Under the pieces are notes generated by a model, which saw only the letters and a program-made list of their open reading frames with translations, did no database searches and was not told where the DNA came from. The position numbers and the translations under genes are program-made. From Histomonas meleagridis 2922-C6/04-290x (taxonomy: Eukaryota > Protista > Parabasalia), in contig JAANOX010000247.1 in assembly GCA_020184695.1 (NCBI GenBank), positions 1 to 64,000 of the forward strand: a stretch of DNA of 64,000 nt. The letters are read 5' to 3'. Shown one piece after another: positions 1 through 10,654 of the stretch. Numbering within the stretch: position 1 is the stretch's first letter; every line of letters starts with the position of its first letter.

Positions 1-379
1 AAATTTTGAATAGTTTACACAAATAAATCAAACAAAAAGTAAACTCAAATAATTTTTACAATTTAAACACACAAACTAAAAACTAATTCATATTTTCATT
101 TTTAAAATTTTGTTTTAATTATTAATTTTCATCAAGTAAATGTAATTTAAATATTCATATCGTACCTATAATAATGATGAAATTATACGTAATCTGATGC
201 ATGTTCTCATAACTTGGTCACACCAAATACAAATTGATCTCCAACAAGAATTGGTTCTCTAACTCAATGATAAGCCATCAAAAAACAGACGCATCCAAGA
301 AAATGTATATAATTTTTTATCCAGTTGACAAATTTTTTAACGTTCTTACATAAACTATTTAATTTTTGATTTTAAAATC

Positions 380-3046
380 TTAACGCCTCCTTCTTACAGG
401 CCTTGGTGGTGCAGGAAGTCCAAGTTCTTCATCTTCATCGTTCACATTCTGTGGAGGCAATATTTCTACTGTATTCTTATAAACTATACCTTTTTCATCT
501 TCTTTTGGTTTGAAGTTAACGGTCAAAACCGTTATATTATCTTTGCTTTGTAATGCGAACGCGTAATTCTTCAACAATGTTGCTGCATCAACAGCTGTCT
601 GCGCTTCTCTAAATATCTCTGCTGCTTTTTGATCTGATATAACATCCCATAAGCCATCACAAGCGATTATTAAACCTAAATCATCTTCGTCAATTTCGAA
701 GACTTTTATCGTTGGCTTCACGAATAAATCATTATCACCAACCCAAAAATCTCCAATAGCTCTTGAGACAGCCAATTTTCGATTAATTCTTCCTTCGCTA
801 TTAACCATGAATCCATTATCTTGTAGCCTTCTTAATTCACTTTTAATTAATGGCTTATTATCCGTTGTAATTCTTTCCAATGTATCTCTTTTAATTCTAA
901 TTATTCTTGAATCACCGATACCTGCGACATAACAATTTTTGCCTCTGATAACCGCCGTTGCAACTGTCGAACCGTCTGCCACTTTTAACGACTTCAAAAT
1001 ATTGTTAACGGTCTCTATCGTCACAGGGAACGTTTCGAAAAATTCTTCATTTGACTTATCGACAATTTTAGCAATTTCATACACTAAACATTTGGAAGCA
1101 GTTGTCGAAGAAACGTTACCAGAATGTCCATCAAATAAGGCTAACAATTGCGTATCATTTTGATCATAATATTTAAAACATACGCCATCTTCCATTCCAA
1201 TTCGATTTCCCATTGTTGAAGAATAACCAACAGACAAATCATCGCTTATTGAATATTGACTATTATCCATAATATGGAACTTCATTGGCGGCAATTCTTT
1301 TATATCATTTGAATTATTAATGAATTCCAAATTTTGTAAATTCGGGATTTTTATGAATGAAGGTAACATATTAATTAAAGTTTTATTAATTGGGTTTAAA
1401 TTTAATGAAATGAATTTACAATTCTTTAAGTTACTTACATTAATATCATTTAAATGATTATATTCAAGTGATAAACATTCTAATTCATTTAAGTTCAAAT
1501 TAATATCTTTGATTTTATTATAAGAAACATCTAATAATATCAATCCATCAGGGAAATTAAATCCTTCAGGTAATGTATCAATAGCATTATGTGATATAGA
1601 TAATACTTTTAACCCTCTCATCCGCGATATAAATTGTGGTATTTCTACAAAATGATTATTAGAAATATCTAATGTCTTTAAGAAAAATAATGAACTAATA
1701 CCAGTCGGTAATGAATTTAATTTGTTTCCACTTAATACTAAAAATTGTAATTGTGAAAAACCTAAAATTGGTATCGGTACAACTTCAAATTCATTTCCTG
1801 CAGCTATAAACTTAAATACTTTCCGACAATTCCCTAATGATATTGGTAATGTCTTAAGTTTATTAAATGATATGTTTAAATCAGATAAAAATACACATTC
1901 TTGAAACGTATCGGGTAATTCTGTTAATGAATTAAATGATAAATTCATGGTGCGTATTTGTGGGAAATTAAATGGTGGTAATTCTGTAAGTTGATTTGAT
2001 GATAAAATTAATTCTTCAAGTTTAGGTGAGGTCATTAACGTCTTGGGTAATGTTGTCAATAAGTTGTTGCCGGCATAGAATTTTGTGAACTTCAAATTGT
2101 CTGGAAATTGATCGGCAAAAGACGTTATTAAATTGTTGGAGACGTTTAACATGGTGACCATTTTAAGTGATTGAATAAAAGTTAAAGATAACTTTGTGAT
2201 TTTGTTATATGAGACATCAATAATTCGAACCGATGGTGGAACTTCGAAGTTTAGTTCACCTTCGATTTCATTCTTTGAGATAAAAAATGAATGTAAATCA
2301 ATTACTGTTAATAAAGTGAGTGGAAATGTGGTGAGTAAATTGCCTGAAAGATTAATGGAATGCGATTGAAGATGATGTGTAACTTCAAATGTTTCAAAAA
2401 GATTAAAAGATAAGTTAATTGATTTAAATGCTTGTGGAAAATCAATTGATGGAAATGTAGTAATGCGATTACCAAACAGATCAAGTTCTTCAAGTTTAGG
2501 AAGCTGTGGAATTATGCTAGGAAATTCTGTTAATTTATTTCCTTCAAGTGTTAAATTACATATTGAATCAGACCACCGTGGCTTTTGTGTTGGTATACCA
2601 GTAAGCCCACAATATGAAACTTTTAAAGTTCGTAAATTTGGTAGGTTTTGTTGCCATATTGAATTTAAATCAAATCCTTGATTATATGAAACATCTAGTG
2701 AAGTTAAGCTCTCTGGAAGTGTGCAATCAATTCGCTGTATGCTGTTAACTGAAAGGTCTAATGTTTTTAAATTTGGGAAATTTCCAAAATAGTTTGAAGG
2801 GATTGATGTTAAAAGATTATCTGTAAATTCCATTACACTAATTTCATGGTACTCCTTTAAGCCAGAAGGTAATTCTGTTAGTTTACAATGGATAATTCTT
2901 GCTCTTGTGATTTTAGTTTTTAATTCATTTACAAGAGGAATTTTCCCGACTTTCATTGAAACAATGTCGAAAGATGCCAGTTCATGATTTGTGAAATATG
3001 ATTGAGGAACTGGTTCCAAAAAAGCAGAATCGGGATCATATTCCAT
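380..3046 (-). CDS. Leucine-rich repeat + PP2C (PPM) protein phosphatase
   Basis: About 20 LxxLxLxxNxL repeats, then PP2C motifs RIGMED, LFDGHSG, DGST, GIGDSR, SRAIGD, ACDGLWDV, DNITV. The ORF-track start at 3076 is TTG; the first ATG is at 3046. Confidence 0.9.
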   Translation of the reverse strand: MEYDPDSAFLEPVPQSYFTNHELASFDIVSMKVGKIPLVNELKTKITRARIIHCKLTELPSGLKEYHEISVMEFTDNLLTSIPSNYFGNFPNLKTLDLSVNSIQRIDCTLPESLTSLDVSYNQGFDLNSIWQQNLPNLRTLKVSYCGLTGIPTQKPRWSDSICNLTLEGNKLTEFPSIIPQLPKLEELDLFGNRITTFPSIDFPQAFKSINLSFNLFETFEVTHHLQSHSINLSGNLLTTFPLTLLTVIDLHSFFISKNEIEGELNFEVPPSVRIIDVSYNKITKLSLTFIQSLKMVTMLNVSNNLITSFADQFPDNLKFTKFYAGNNLLTTLPKTLMTSPKLEELILSSNQLTELPPFNFPQIRTMNLSFNSLTELPDTFQECVFLSDLNISFNKLKTLPISLGNCRKVFKFIAAGNEFEVVPIPILGFSQLQFLVLSGNKLNSLPTGISSLFFLKTLDISNNHFVEIPQFISRMRGLKVLSISHNAIDTLPEGFNFPDGLILLDVSYNKIKDINLNLNELECLSLEYNHLNDINVSNLKNCKFISLNLNPINKTLINMLPSFIKIPNLQNLEFINNSNDIKELPPMKFHIMDNSQYSISDDLSVGYSSTMGNRIGMEDGVCFKYYDQNDTQLLALFDGHSGNVSSTTASKCLVYEIAKIVDKSNEEFFETFPVTIETVNNILKSLKVADGSTVATAVIRGKNCYVAGIGDSRIIRIKRDTLERITTDNKPLIKSELRRLQDNGFMVNSEGRINRKLAVSRAIGDFWVGDNDLFVKPTIKVFEIDEDDLGLIIACDGLWDVISDQKAAEIFREAQTAVDAATLLKNYAFALQSKDNITVLTVNFKPKEDEKGIVYKNTVEILPPQNVNDEDEELGLPAPPRPVRRRR

Positions 3047-3355
3047 TTCCGAAATTAAATGGTACGTATTAGTCAATTATTCTATAATGAAATAACGGTT
3101 TTATATTCAAAAGTCATCGCTAATCGATCTTTTGGTTAATCGGAATTTAAATAACATACGTTAACAAAAAAGATTTGAAAAAATTAAGTGCGAAGACTTC
3201 ATAAATCAGTTTAGCTAACAAATTATTACAAAAGATTAATAATTTTTTTTATGATCATTTTTTTATTGTTTATGGGTCGGGTTCCGAAAGACGTTATTGT
3301 GATAAACTATAGAAATATAATTCTGTAATTTACATGCTTATCGTTGTTTATAAAA

Positions 3356-4927
3356 ATGTCTGGATTTTTTGGAATGTTCGATTCAACTCCAAAATTGGAT
3401 AATGTATCATTTAAGTATGACCCAAACAAACAAAAGCAAAAGCCACAACAACCACAGTATCCTTGTTTCTCTCAAATCCATTTATTTCAATTTGATCAAT
3501 CTACAAACTCAAATAAATCTATTGGTAATGCAATTTTCCTTATTCGTCCACTTGCTAACCAAGGGTATCAAATTTTTGTATATCAAAACCAAAATCCCAT
3601 CATTAATCTTCAAGTAAGTACATCAATAAAATGGACTATTCGTAATAAAGTATATGGATATCTTACTGATACGCAAGGAGTTCAATGGACAATCCAATTT
3701 CCAGATCCTCCCTCTGCAGCTCGTGCCTCATTAACTTTAGCATCGATTCTTTCACCAATTGAAGGTAATAAAGTTTCCACTTTTGACATTCTTCAAGGCA
3801 CTGGTACTCCACTTAACAATGGTGACAAGGTCAATGTTTCATATATTGGTTTTGTTTGTAATCAATTACCATTTACGGGAAACCAATTTGATTCCAATGA
3901 CAAATTTGAGTTTACAATTGGTTCCGAATCGATAATAAAAGGTTATTCACTTGGCTCTGCTGGTCTTCGTGTAGGCGGCACACGCGCCATTTTGATTCCT
4001 CCCGAGTTCGGCTATGGAAATAAGTCCATTCCCAATCGCATTCCATCCAACTCCACCCTTGGCTTCATCCTCACTGTTAACTCTGCTGTATTTGCAGCAC
4101 GTTCAGCACCAGCACCAACGCCAACAGCTTCACCACAACCACAGCCACAACAGCCAGTAAACTCCACGCTTGAGAAAGTAATGAAAACAGGAGTTGCAAT
4201 ACCAACAGCACAGCGTAACTTGCCGCAGCAACAACAGCAACAACCAGTTCAGCCACAGCAGCAGATGCAACAAGAACAATTCGATGAAATCGAAACACAT
4301 GAAACTACGATTTTGCCAACGATTGATGAGAACGACGTCCTCCAACGTATGGATCAACTCACTGAGATGATCCGCGCCAAATTTGATTCATTAATTACTG
4401 AAGCGCCTGTTTCAATGAAACCCGGCGACGTCGTGTTTGAGGTGCAGTCATTAGCCGCGCAGATAGAAGATAAAGAAAGGCAATTACGTGAGCAACAACA
4501 AGTTATCGATGAGTTACAACGTACGAAGCAAAGTTCAAAGCTTAAAGAAGAACTTGACATGGCACAAGCTGAGCTTAGGTCATTACGTTCTGTTCTAAGA
4601 GGCGGAAGAGACTTAAGACATGAGAACGAAGAGTTGAGAAGCGAGTTAAGGAACTTAAAGGAAACGAAACTTGTGGAACTTGAAAGAAATATCGCAGACT
4701 TAAGGGCGCAATTAGCGGATGCAAAAGGTATATCACAAGCAGCAGCTGCAACAAAAACAAAAGAATTGTTCTTCGCTTTCATGGGAAATGCTATCGAAAA
4801 AATACAGAGCAGATTCGAGGGGAGAGGTGTGGTGCAGGCAAGCGAAGTGGCGAATAGTATTTATGATATCTTCCATGTGTGCTCTAATGAAATATTCAAA
4901 CAGATCGAAGAAAATGGAATTCTGTAA
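3356..4927 (+). CDS. FKBP-type PPIase with N-terminal PH/WH1-like region and C-terminal coiled coil (FKBP15/WAFL-like architecture)
   Basis: FKBP motifs GDKVNVSYIG, FDSN, FTIGSESIIKG, VGGTRAILIPPEFGYG; P/Q-rich linker; heptad tail. First ATG at 3356 (3344 is TTG). Confidence 0.8.
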   Translation: MSGFFGMFDSTPKLDNVSFKYDPNKQKQKPQQPQYPCFSQIHLFQFDQSTNSNKSIGNAIFLIRPLANQGYQIFVYQNQNPIINLQVSTSIKWTIRNKVYGYLTDTQGVQWTIQFPDPPSAARASLTLASILSPIEGNKVSTFDILQGTGTPLNNGDKVNVSYIGFVCNQLPFTGNQFDSNDKFEFTIGSESIIKGYSLGSAGLRVGGTRAILIPPEFGYGNKSIPNRIPSNSTLGFILTVNSAVFAARSAPAPTPTASPQPQPQQPVNSTLEKVMKTGVAIPTAQRNLPQQQQQQPVQPQQQMQQEQFDEIETHETTILPTIDENDVLQRMDQLTEMIRAKFDSLITEAPVSMKPGDVVFEVQSLAAQIEDKERQLREQQQVIDELQRTKQSSKLKEELDMAQAELRSLRSVLRGGRDLRHENEELRSELRNLKETKLVELERNIADLRAQLADAKGISQAAAATKTKELFFAFMGNAIEKIQSRFEGRGVVQASEVANSIYDIFHVCSNEIFKQIEENGIL

Positions 4928-5091
4928 ATCTTATTTTAAGTTAAAAAATAGTATTTTATTCAAAGCTAAAGCTCATAGTCAATGGTTATAATGCCGATGT
5001 TACTTGTAATGAAATTCCAAATCTTTACGTTAACGTTTTCTGGGGTGCTCCTTGTGAGGATTTGAGGACGTTTAATTAACGATAGAAAGAA

Positions 5092-5451
5092 ATGTTAGAT
5101 AAAAACCTGATGGAAAGTTCTTTTTTTGGGCTTGTGTTGAACCCTGGGTTTGAATACAAGACAGTTGTTAAAGAGGATCTGATTGTTACACGCGCTGTTA
5201 TTTCTCCTGACGCACAACCAAGTCAAACTGCTCGATTACTAATGAAAGTTGATGGAAGAAGAGTTCCATTATGTCATCTCGATAGTACGAACACTACAAC
5301 GTGTCCCATCCATGTATATTTATTTCCTGGTATGGAATGTATTTTTATTGTTGCTGGAGATTGTCCTATTCACATCACAGGTTTCAACAAAATAAGAGAC
5401 CAATCTATTATAACCCCATCTATTGATGATTCGTCAAGCGATGAAGATTAA
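5092..5451 (+). CDS. Nucleoplasmin-like (NPL) domain protein
   Basis: FFGLVLNPG start, LCHL, F.V.GDCPIHITG and a short acidic tail match the NPL fold of FKBP39/HD2-type proteins. Confidence 0.65.
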   Translation: MLDKNLMESSFFGLVLNPGFEYKTVVKEDLIVTRAVISPDAQPSQTARLLMKVDGRRVPLCHLDSTNTTTCPIHVYLFPGMECIFIVAGDCPIHITGFNKIRDQSIITPSIDDSSSDED

Positions 5452-5593
5452 TCTTTATGCTTAATAATGAGAAAATTTCTATAAGCTTTTAGAAATTCAT
5501 TTAATTGAAACAAAAAAGCTTTGATTTAAGTTGATGTTTAATAACATTTTTTTTTAAATTAAATAAATTAACAGTTTATTAATTACATTTTTT

Positions 5594-6406
5594 TTAAGGT
5601 TCTTCTTCAAAAACAGTTGGTGAAATTTGCATCGATTCATGATAGTAAAAATAAGAAACAAAAATTACAATAACTAAAAGCATTGCAACTACAAAGAGTG
5701 TAACCATCCAAAACTTTTGACTTGAATGATTACATTTTTCAAAATATGAATTATCTGTTAATTTTGCGTTGTTTTCATTTAATCTGAAAACATTTCCTAT
5801 GTTACATGAAATTTGATTAATTTTATCTCTTGCAATAGTGTAATCAAAACTTGCAGTGATCTTATCTGAACAATTAGTTAACTTAATCAAAAATGGTGAA
5901 ACAAATGTAGCTTTTGTAATTGAATTTGCTTGAAATAATGTCGATTTCAAAATTTCATCTGATTTTCGATTACCTATATAATATTCTATGGATCCATTAC
6001 TTGGTAATTTAAATGATGCCCTTAAAAAATAGGAGACTCCATCAAATTGTGGAATAATACAAATTGAATCATAACTTGTAGAATTAATATTAAAATCTAA
6101 TTTAACAACAGATTCAAAGTCAATTGTTATTTGCTTAATATAAGAATTGGAGCAAAGATTTTTAGGAACAGGTTGAATTTTGATTATAATTGTTTCAGCT
6201 GAAGAAAATGGTGAAATAACAGAATCCCTATCTAGGTAGAAATATCCTGGTGGAATATCTTGAGCTATTCCATTATTTTTTATTAAATATGAATGATCTG
6301 AATAAATAAAAATTGAATTTTTTGAAGAATTAAAATTATATGGTGCTTTAGTTGTAATTGAAATTGTTTTCGAGCAATTATAAGCACCAAAGAATATAAA
6401 TAACAT
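5594..6406 (-). CDS. Hypothetical type I membrane protein
   Basis: 270-aa ORF with short hydrophobic N-terminus, many NxS/T sequons, and a C-terminal TM segment FWMVTLFVVAMLLVIVIFVSYFYY. Confidence 0.75.
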   Translation of the reverse strand: MLFIFFGAYNCSKTISITTKAPYNFNSSKNSIFIYSDHSYLIKNNGIAQDIPPGYFYLDRDSVISPFSSAETIIIKIQPVPKNLCSNSYIKQITIDFESVVKLDFNINSTSYDSICIIPQFDGVSYFLRASFKLPSNGSIEYYIGNRKSDEILKSTLFQANSITKATFVSPFLIKLTNCSDKITASFDYTIARDKINQISCNIGNVFRLNENNAKLTDNSYFEKCNHSSQKFWMVTLFVVAMLLVIVIFVSYFYYHESMQISPTVFEEEP

Positions 6407-6498
6407 CTTTTAAATCTGTATCACGAGAAAGAGGATACGTTAAAGTTCAAACCAGCCATCGCATGTGTCAAAACCGCTTTTGAGAACCAAAAATTATT

Positions 6499-8640
6499 AT
6501 GCCTTCTAAACATAGAGGTCAACACAAAACAAACACTGAAGCTGACCAATATCAAGAGAAGCAAAAGAATATTACAGTTGGTTTTGTTTTATGTCATCCA
6601 ATGGAATGTTCATTATCGCCAGTTACAAATGAATTACCACCTTGTCTTTTCCCAGTTTGTAATTCACCTGTTTTACTTTTCACATTAAACTGGCTTAATG
6701 TTAATGGCATTGAAAAAATATACATTGTTTGTGATTCACGTCATGTTTCAAGCATAAATGCAGTTGTAGAACAATGTAGGAAACGTTTACTTATGGATTC
6801 GATTGATGTCCTTCATACAAAAGACAAAATTTATACAATAGGTGATGCAATGCGTTGGATAGATTCATGGAATCAAAATTCAAATGCATTCAAAAACTGT
6901 GTTATCGTTCAAGGAAATCTTATTACAAATGTACCATTAGCACCTATTATCGCTGAACATAAGAAACGTGTTGAATCAGCCACGGTCAAAGATTATGAAC
7001 CAGTTCTTACCACAGTTTTTACGCAATCCTCCACTGATGGTTATACTGTTGTTGTTAATGATCATAATATGATACTTCATGTCCAATCTCCACCAATTTT
7101 GCCAGTATCAATATCTGCGCCTGGTCTCAAAATAGATCCACATTTCTTCAAAACCTCACAATCCATTCATGTAAAGACGTGTTGTACAGACAGTAAGATT
7201 TATATATGTACTAATCAATTATTAGCCAATTTTAAAGATTCATTTGATTGGCATAATGTCATTACTGATTGTATTCCCTCAATGAATCGTTCGATAGAGC
7301 TTTTAAATCATGCAACATATTCCTCCTTTGCCACCAATTGTTTTTCCGCATGTATTGATGATTTACCATCATACATAAATGCGACATTAGCAGTTGTCCG
7401 CCGATGGATATATCCCGTGACAGTTGAGATGAACTTCTTTAGTCCATATGAAGCAGTTTCCTTAAGTTACGAAACATTCGACGACGATGACGATGTCAGC
7501 ACATCAAACAGCAAATCAAACGAAGTCACGTCGTATCATTTATGTCGCGATTTAGTTTATTTACATGACAATGTTTTTCCATCATTAACTTCCAAGATTG
7601 GGCATTCTGTTGTTATAGGGAGTGACACGCAAATCTGTGACAATTGTATCATTCGTAATTCGACTATTGGTAGTGATTGTTATATTGGGAAAGGCTCCAT
7701 AGTAGAGAATTGTATTATTTGGGATCATGTCCGTATTGAAGATGGAGCGCATGTATCGAATTCATTAATTGCAAGCGGATGTAATATCTCTCCCAACATT
7801 AATGTTTCGTTTGGATGTATATTATCATTTGAATCGCATGTTGATATTGATATACCACCATGTCGAAGATTAACGATATTATGTTCACAAGAAGAAGAAG
7901 ATGGCGAAGGCTTTGGGTTTGTCGAACGTGCGCCACAATGGCTTAAGGATTATGTCAACGACAAAGAGCCACTTGATATTCCAGAAGAGTCATATACATA
8001 CGAATTCATACCGATTGCAGATCATGAGTTACCATTATTACGTATGTGGTTACAAATTGATCCAGAAACATTTCCAATTGATGAGGATGAAATCATATTA
8101 CATAATAATATTAATGATAACTTAAATAATGATGAAGAAGAAAATACTGACGATGAGTTAACTGATGATGATGAGTTCGTACAATTAAACAAAGACTTCC
8201 AAGAAGATGCTGCAAGTTTGTTGAAGTCAATACTGAACGTTGATGGTAATATTGACGTCGATCAATTAAGATCAGAGTTTGTGTCATTGAAGAATTCTAA
8301 ATATGCTGAACATATCGATTGCGCAGTCGCTTTGATGTTGGCGATATTGGACCATTGGGGTATGAAGGAATTAATGGAAGGAATCGATCTTTTGGGAAAC
8401 ATATTGAAGTCGTTCCTAAATGACATCGGTGAACAACAGGACTTCTTGTTCTGGTGGCAGAGTTATTGCGCAAAGTTGCTGCAGCAAAATGGAAGGGAAA
8501 TGTTCATCGGTGGATTGAAGTGCTTGGTGAATAGAGGCATCATCTCGTACGAGGCTTTGGATAGATGGGGCGACGAACAGGACGACTGTAACGATCAACA
8601 AAAGGAACTGTATGATGTCTACACTGAAACTGATATTTGA
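6499..8640 (+). CDS. EIF2B5: Translation initiation factor eIF2B epsilon subunit
   Basis: N-terminal nucleotidyltransferase-like region (LPPCLFPVCNSPVLLFTLNWL), hexapeptide LbH repeats (IGHSVVIG, IRNSTIG, IVENCIIW), acidic linker and W2-like C-terminus. Confidence 0.85.
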   Translation: MPSKHRGQHKTNTEADQYQEKQKNITVGFVLCHPMECSLSPVTNELPPCLFPVCNSPVLLFTLNWLNVNGIEKIYIVCDSRHVSSINAVVEQCRKRLLMDSIDVLHTKDKIYTIGDAMRWIDSWNQNSNAFKNCVIVQGNLITNVPLAPIIAEHKKRVESATVKDYEPVLTTVFTQSSTDGYTVVVNDHNMILHVQSPPILPVSISAPGLKIDPHFFKTSQSIHVKTCCTDSKIYICTNQLLANFKDSFDWHNVITDCIPSMNRSIELLNHATYSSFATNCFSACIDDLPSYINATLAVVRRWIYPVTVEMNFFSPYEAVSLSYETFDDDDDVSTSNSKSNEVTSYHLCRDLVYLHDNVFPSLTSKIGHSVVIGSDTQICDNCIIRNSTIGSDCYIGKGSIVENCIIWDHVRIEDGAHVSNSLIASGCNISPNINVSFGCILSFESHVDIDIPPCRRLTILCSQEEEDGEGFGFVERAPQWLKDYVNDKEPLDIPEESYTYEFIPIADHELPLLRMWLQIDPETFPIDEDEIILHNNINDNLNNDEEENTDDELTDDDEFVQLNKDFQEDAASLLKSILNVDGNIDVDQLRSEFVSLKNSKYAEHIDCAVALMLAILDHWGMKELMEGIDLLGNILKSFLNDIGEQQDFLFWWQSYCAKLLQQNGREMFIGGLKCLVNRGIISYEALDRWGDEQDDCNDQQKELYDVYTETDI

Positions 8641-9130
8641 TTATGAATAAAGTGTCAGCTATTGATGTAATATCAGAGAAAATATTGTCAACGTCCACAT
8701 AAAAGTGACGAAATTGTGAAGAATAAATTTGAATTGTTTACGTATTATAGGTGGTGCGATTGCATCAATTGATGAAAATGCGCGCAAAGATGAACTCAAT
8801 GAATGAATGTTAGAATTGGTTTAATGTTTGAATAAAGTAAACGTTATGTCAAAAGTGGATGTTGTGTCACAAACACTGTTAATGTATCGCTTTCAGATAC
8901 TATTGATTCGTGCCAAAAGCTAGGTTCAACATAATGAAGAGATTATGAACGTAACCCCAATACCAAAATATTTTGTATGACCAAATCTAATGTTTAACAA
9001 CGATCGTTTGCAAAATATGGGGCAGCCCTAAAAGTGTTTTTGCAACCATTTTTTCATTAGTTTATAAAATTTTTGGTCACTCCACAAACAAAATAAATCA
9101 TTGAAAAAATCTATTCGATCACATTTATAA

Positions 9131-10168
9131 ATGGAATTCAAGATTCCGGACGAAATGCAGATTGTTGATGGCATTTGCCAACTAAACTGTGAAATATTCG
9201 ATTACAATGATGTTAGGTCTTTTCTTATAACGAATACCTTAGATAAAAAAGTTGTTGATCGATTTATTTCGTGGCTTGTTGCACTTCGTATTATTCCTCA
9301 ATCACGACGACACTGGGGACCACATTTATACAAAATGGTAACACAATATTACGAACGGGTTAACCATTATTTCAAAAAGAATCCTGAAGATCCATTATTA
9401 ACAATCCCACTTAATGCTGAAAATGCTATACGTCCTGACATTGAAAGTTCTCTTCCATGGTTCAATAAAATCTGCAAAGAAGTTGGACTTTCTGACGGCA
9501 AAATTTCCAATGCAAAATTACGAATTTCAAGAATATACTCCTTAGTTGTTCATGAAACTACAAACTTTTCCTATGCCCAAGGTCTTCAAGTCTACGGGAT
9601 GGTCTTTCTTATGATTAGTAGTTCATTTTCTGTTCATGCCAAATTGTCGATTGATTTTGCCGAAGCAGTTTCCTTTTATCTCACTCGCGCCATTGTACAA
9701 CTTGTTCCTGCATTGCGTATGTTAGACAATAAGCAAAAATTTGTTAATCATGTCAGCTCGATAGATCAAATTATCCTTAACACATCACCCGAAAACTTCA
9801 CATATCTTCAGCAGCATGGCTCAGGATCATTTGCGTTTTGTTTGCAGTACGAAATAAGTCTTTTTGCGCTTCAGCATTCTGCACTTGCAGTAATGAGTAT
9901 TTGGGATCAAATATTCGGACGAATGAGTCAAATCTCAGAGATAATACAATGCTTCACAGCCGCACATGTAATGCAAGTGAAGTTCAAAGAAGGAATTAAT
10001 GATATCGGTGATTACATGGTGAAATATTCGCAATGGGATTACATGAAACTGGTCGATGACGCCGTGAGAATGCTACAGCATAGAAGAAGCTGCAAAGAAG
10101 AGTTTTGTCTGTACTTCTGTCCAAAGCTGCAAAAATATCATGGGTACGAAGCTAGAAATGATTTTTAA
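9131..10168 (+). CDS. Divergent Rab-GAP TBC-like domain protein
   Basis: RFISWLVAL (R.W motif), IRPDIES (IxxDxxR-like), YAQG and WDQIF follow TBC motif order. Confidence 0.6.
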   Translation: MEFKIPDEMQIVDGICQLNCEIFDYNDVRSFLITNTLDKKVVDRFISWLVALRIIPQSRRHWGPHLYKMVTQYYERVNHYFKKNPEDPLLTIPLNAENAIRPDIESSLPWFNKICKEVGLSDGKISNAKLRISRIYSLVVHETTNFSYAQGLQVYGMVFLMISSSFSVHAKLSIDFAEAVSFYLTRAIVQLVPALRMLDNKQKFVNHVSSIDQIILNTSPENFTYLQQHGSGSFAFCLQYEISLFALQHSALAVMSIWDQIFGRMSQISEIIQCFTAAHVMQVKFKEGINDIGDYMVKYSQWDYMKLVDDAVRMLQHRRSCKEEFCLYFCPKLQKYHGYEARNDF

Positions 10169-10636
10169 TAATAAAATATCTCTTTAATAGAGTTCTTAGA
10201 TAGGGACAAACCGTTGAACATGATGTTTGACATGCATTTTTGGCTGAAATTTTTCTTTGTAGGCGCCTTCTTTTCAAAATAGTGCTGAATTTATAAATTT
10301 TTTAATACTCAACAATAGTTTTTTTCTGCGAAGAACGATATTTTGATTTTGAAGTTTTCTAATCATAGGAATTTTAGAAATGGCATGAAATGAATCAAAT
10401 TTTGAACACTTTTGATAATAGTCATAATGTTCGAGCTTGTTCCAAAAGAAAAATAAAACCACAAAAGGTTCATTAATGGGAGATAATTAAAGTATTTTTC
10501 TCACCTCCAAATAAACATCGAAAACTCATCATATTTCGGGGCACCTCCAAATTGTAAATAAAAGTGCTATTCAAATAATGCCACTTTTATAAGTAGCCGA
10601 ACAAAATAATTCAATGTTGGCATAAGTGGCCTCATA

Positions 10637-10645
10637 TCATTTCAC
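10637..10645 (+). promoter_or_regulatory. Initiator (Inr) element upstream of Hsp90
   Basis: TCATTTCAC about 10 nt before the ATG matches the trichomonad Inr consensus TCAYTWY. Confidence 0.5.
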
Positions 10646-10654
10646 ATTTTTTTT

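Noticed and set aside
3356-5451. Adjacent FKBP and NPL genes as a split NPL-FKBP (Fpr3/Fpr4-type) gene
   Set aside because: The order is reversed, the FKBP is of the FKBP15 type with its own coiled-coil tail, and each gene has its own start and stop.
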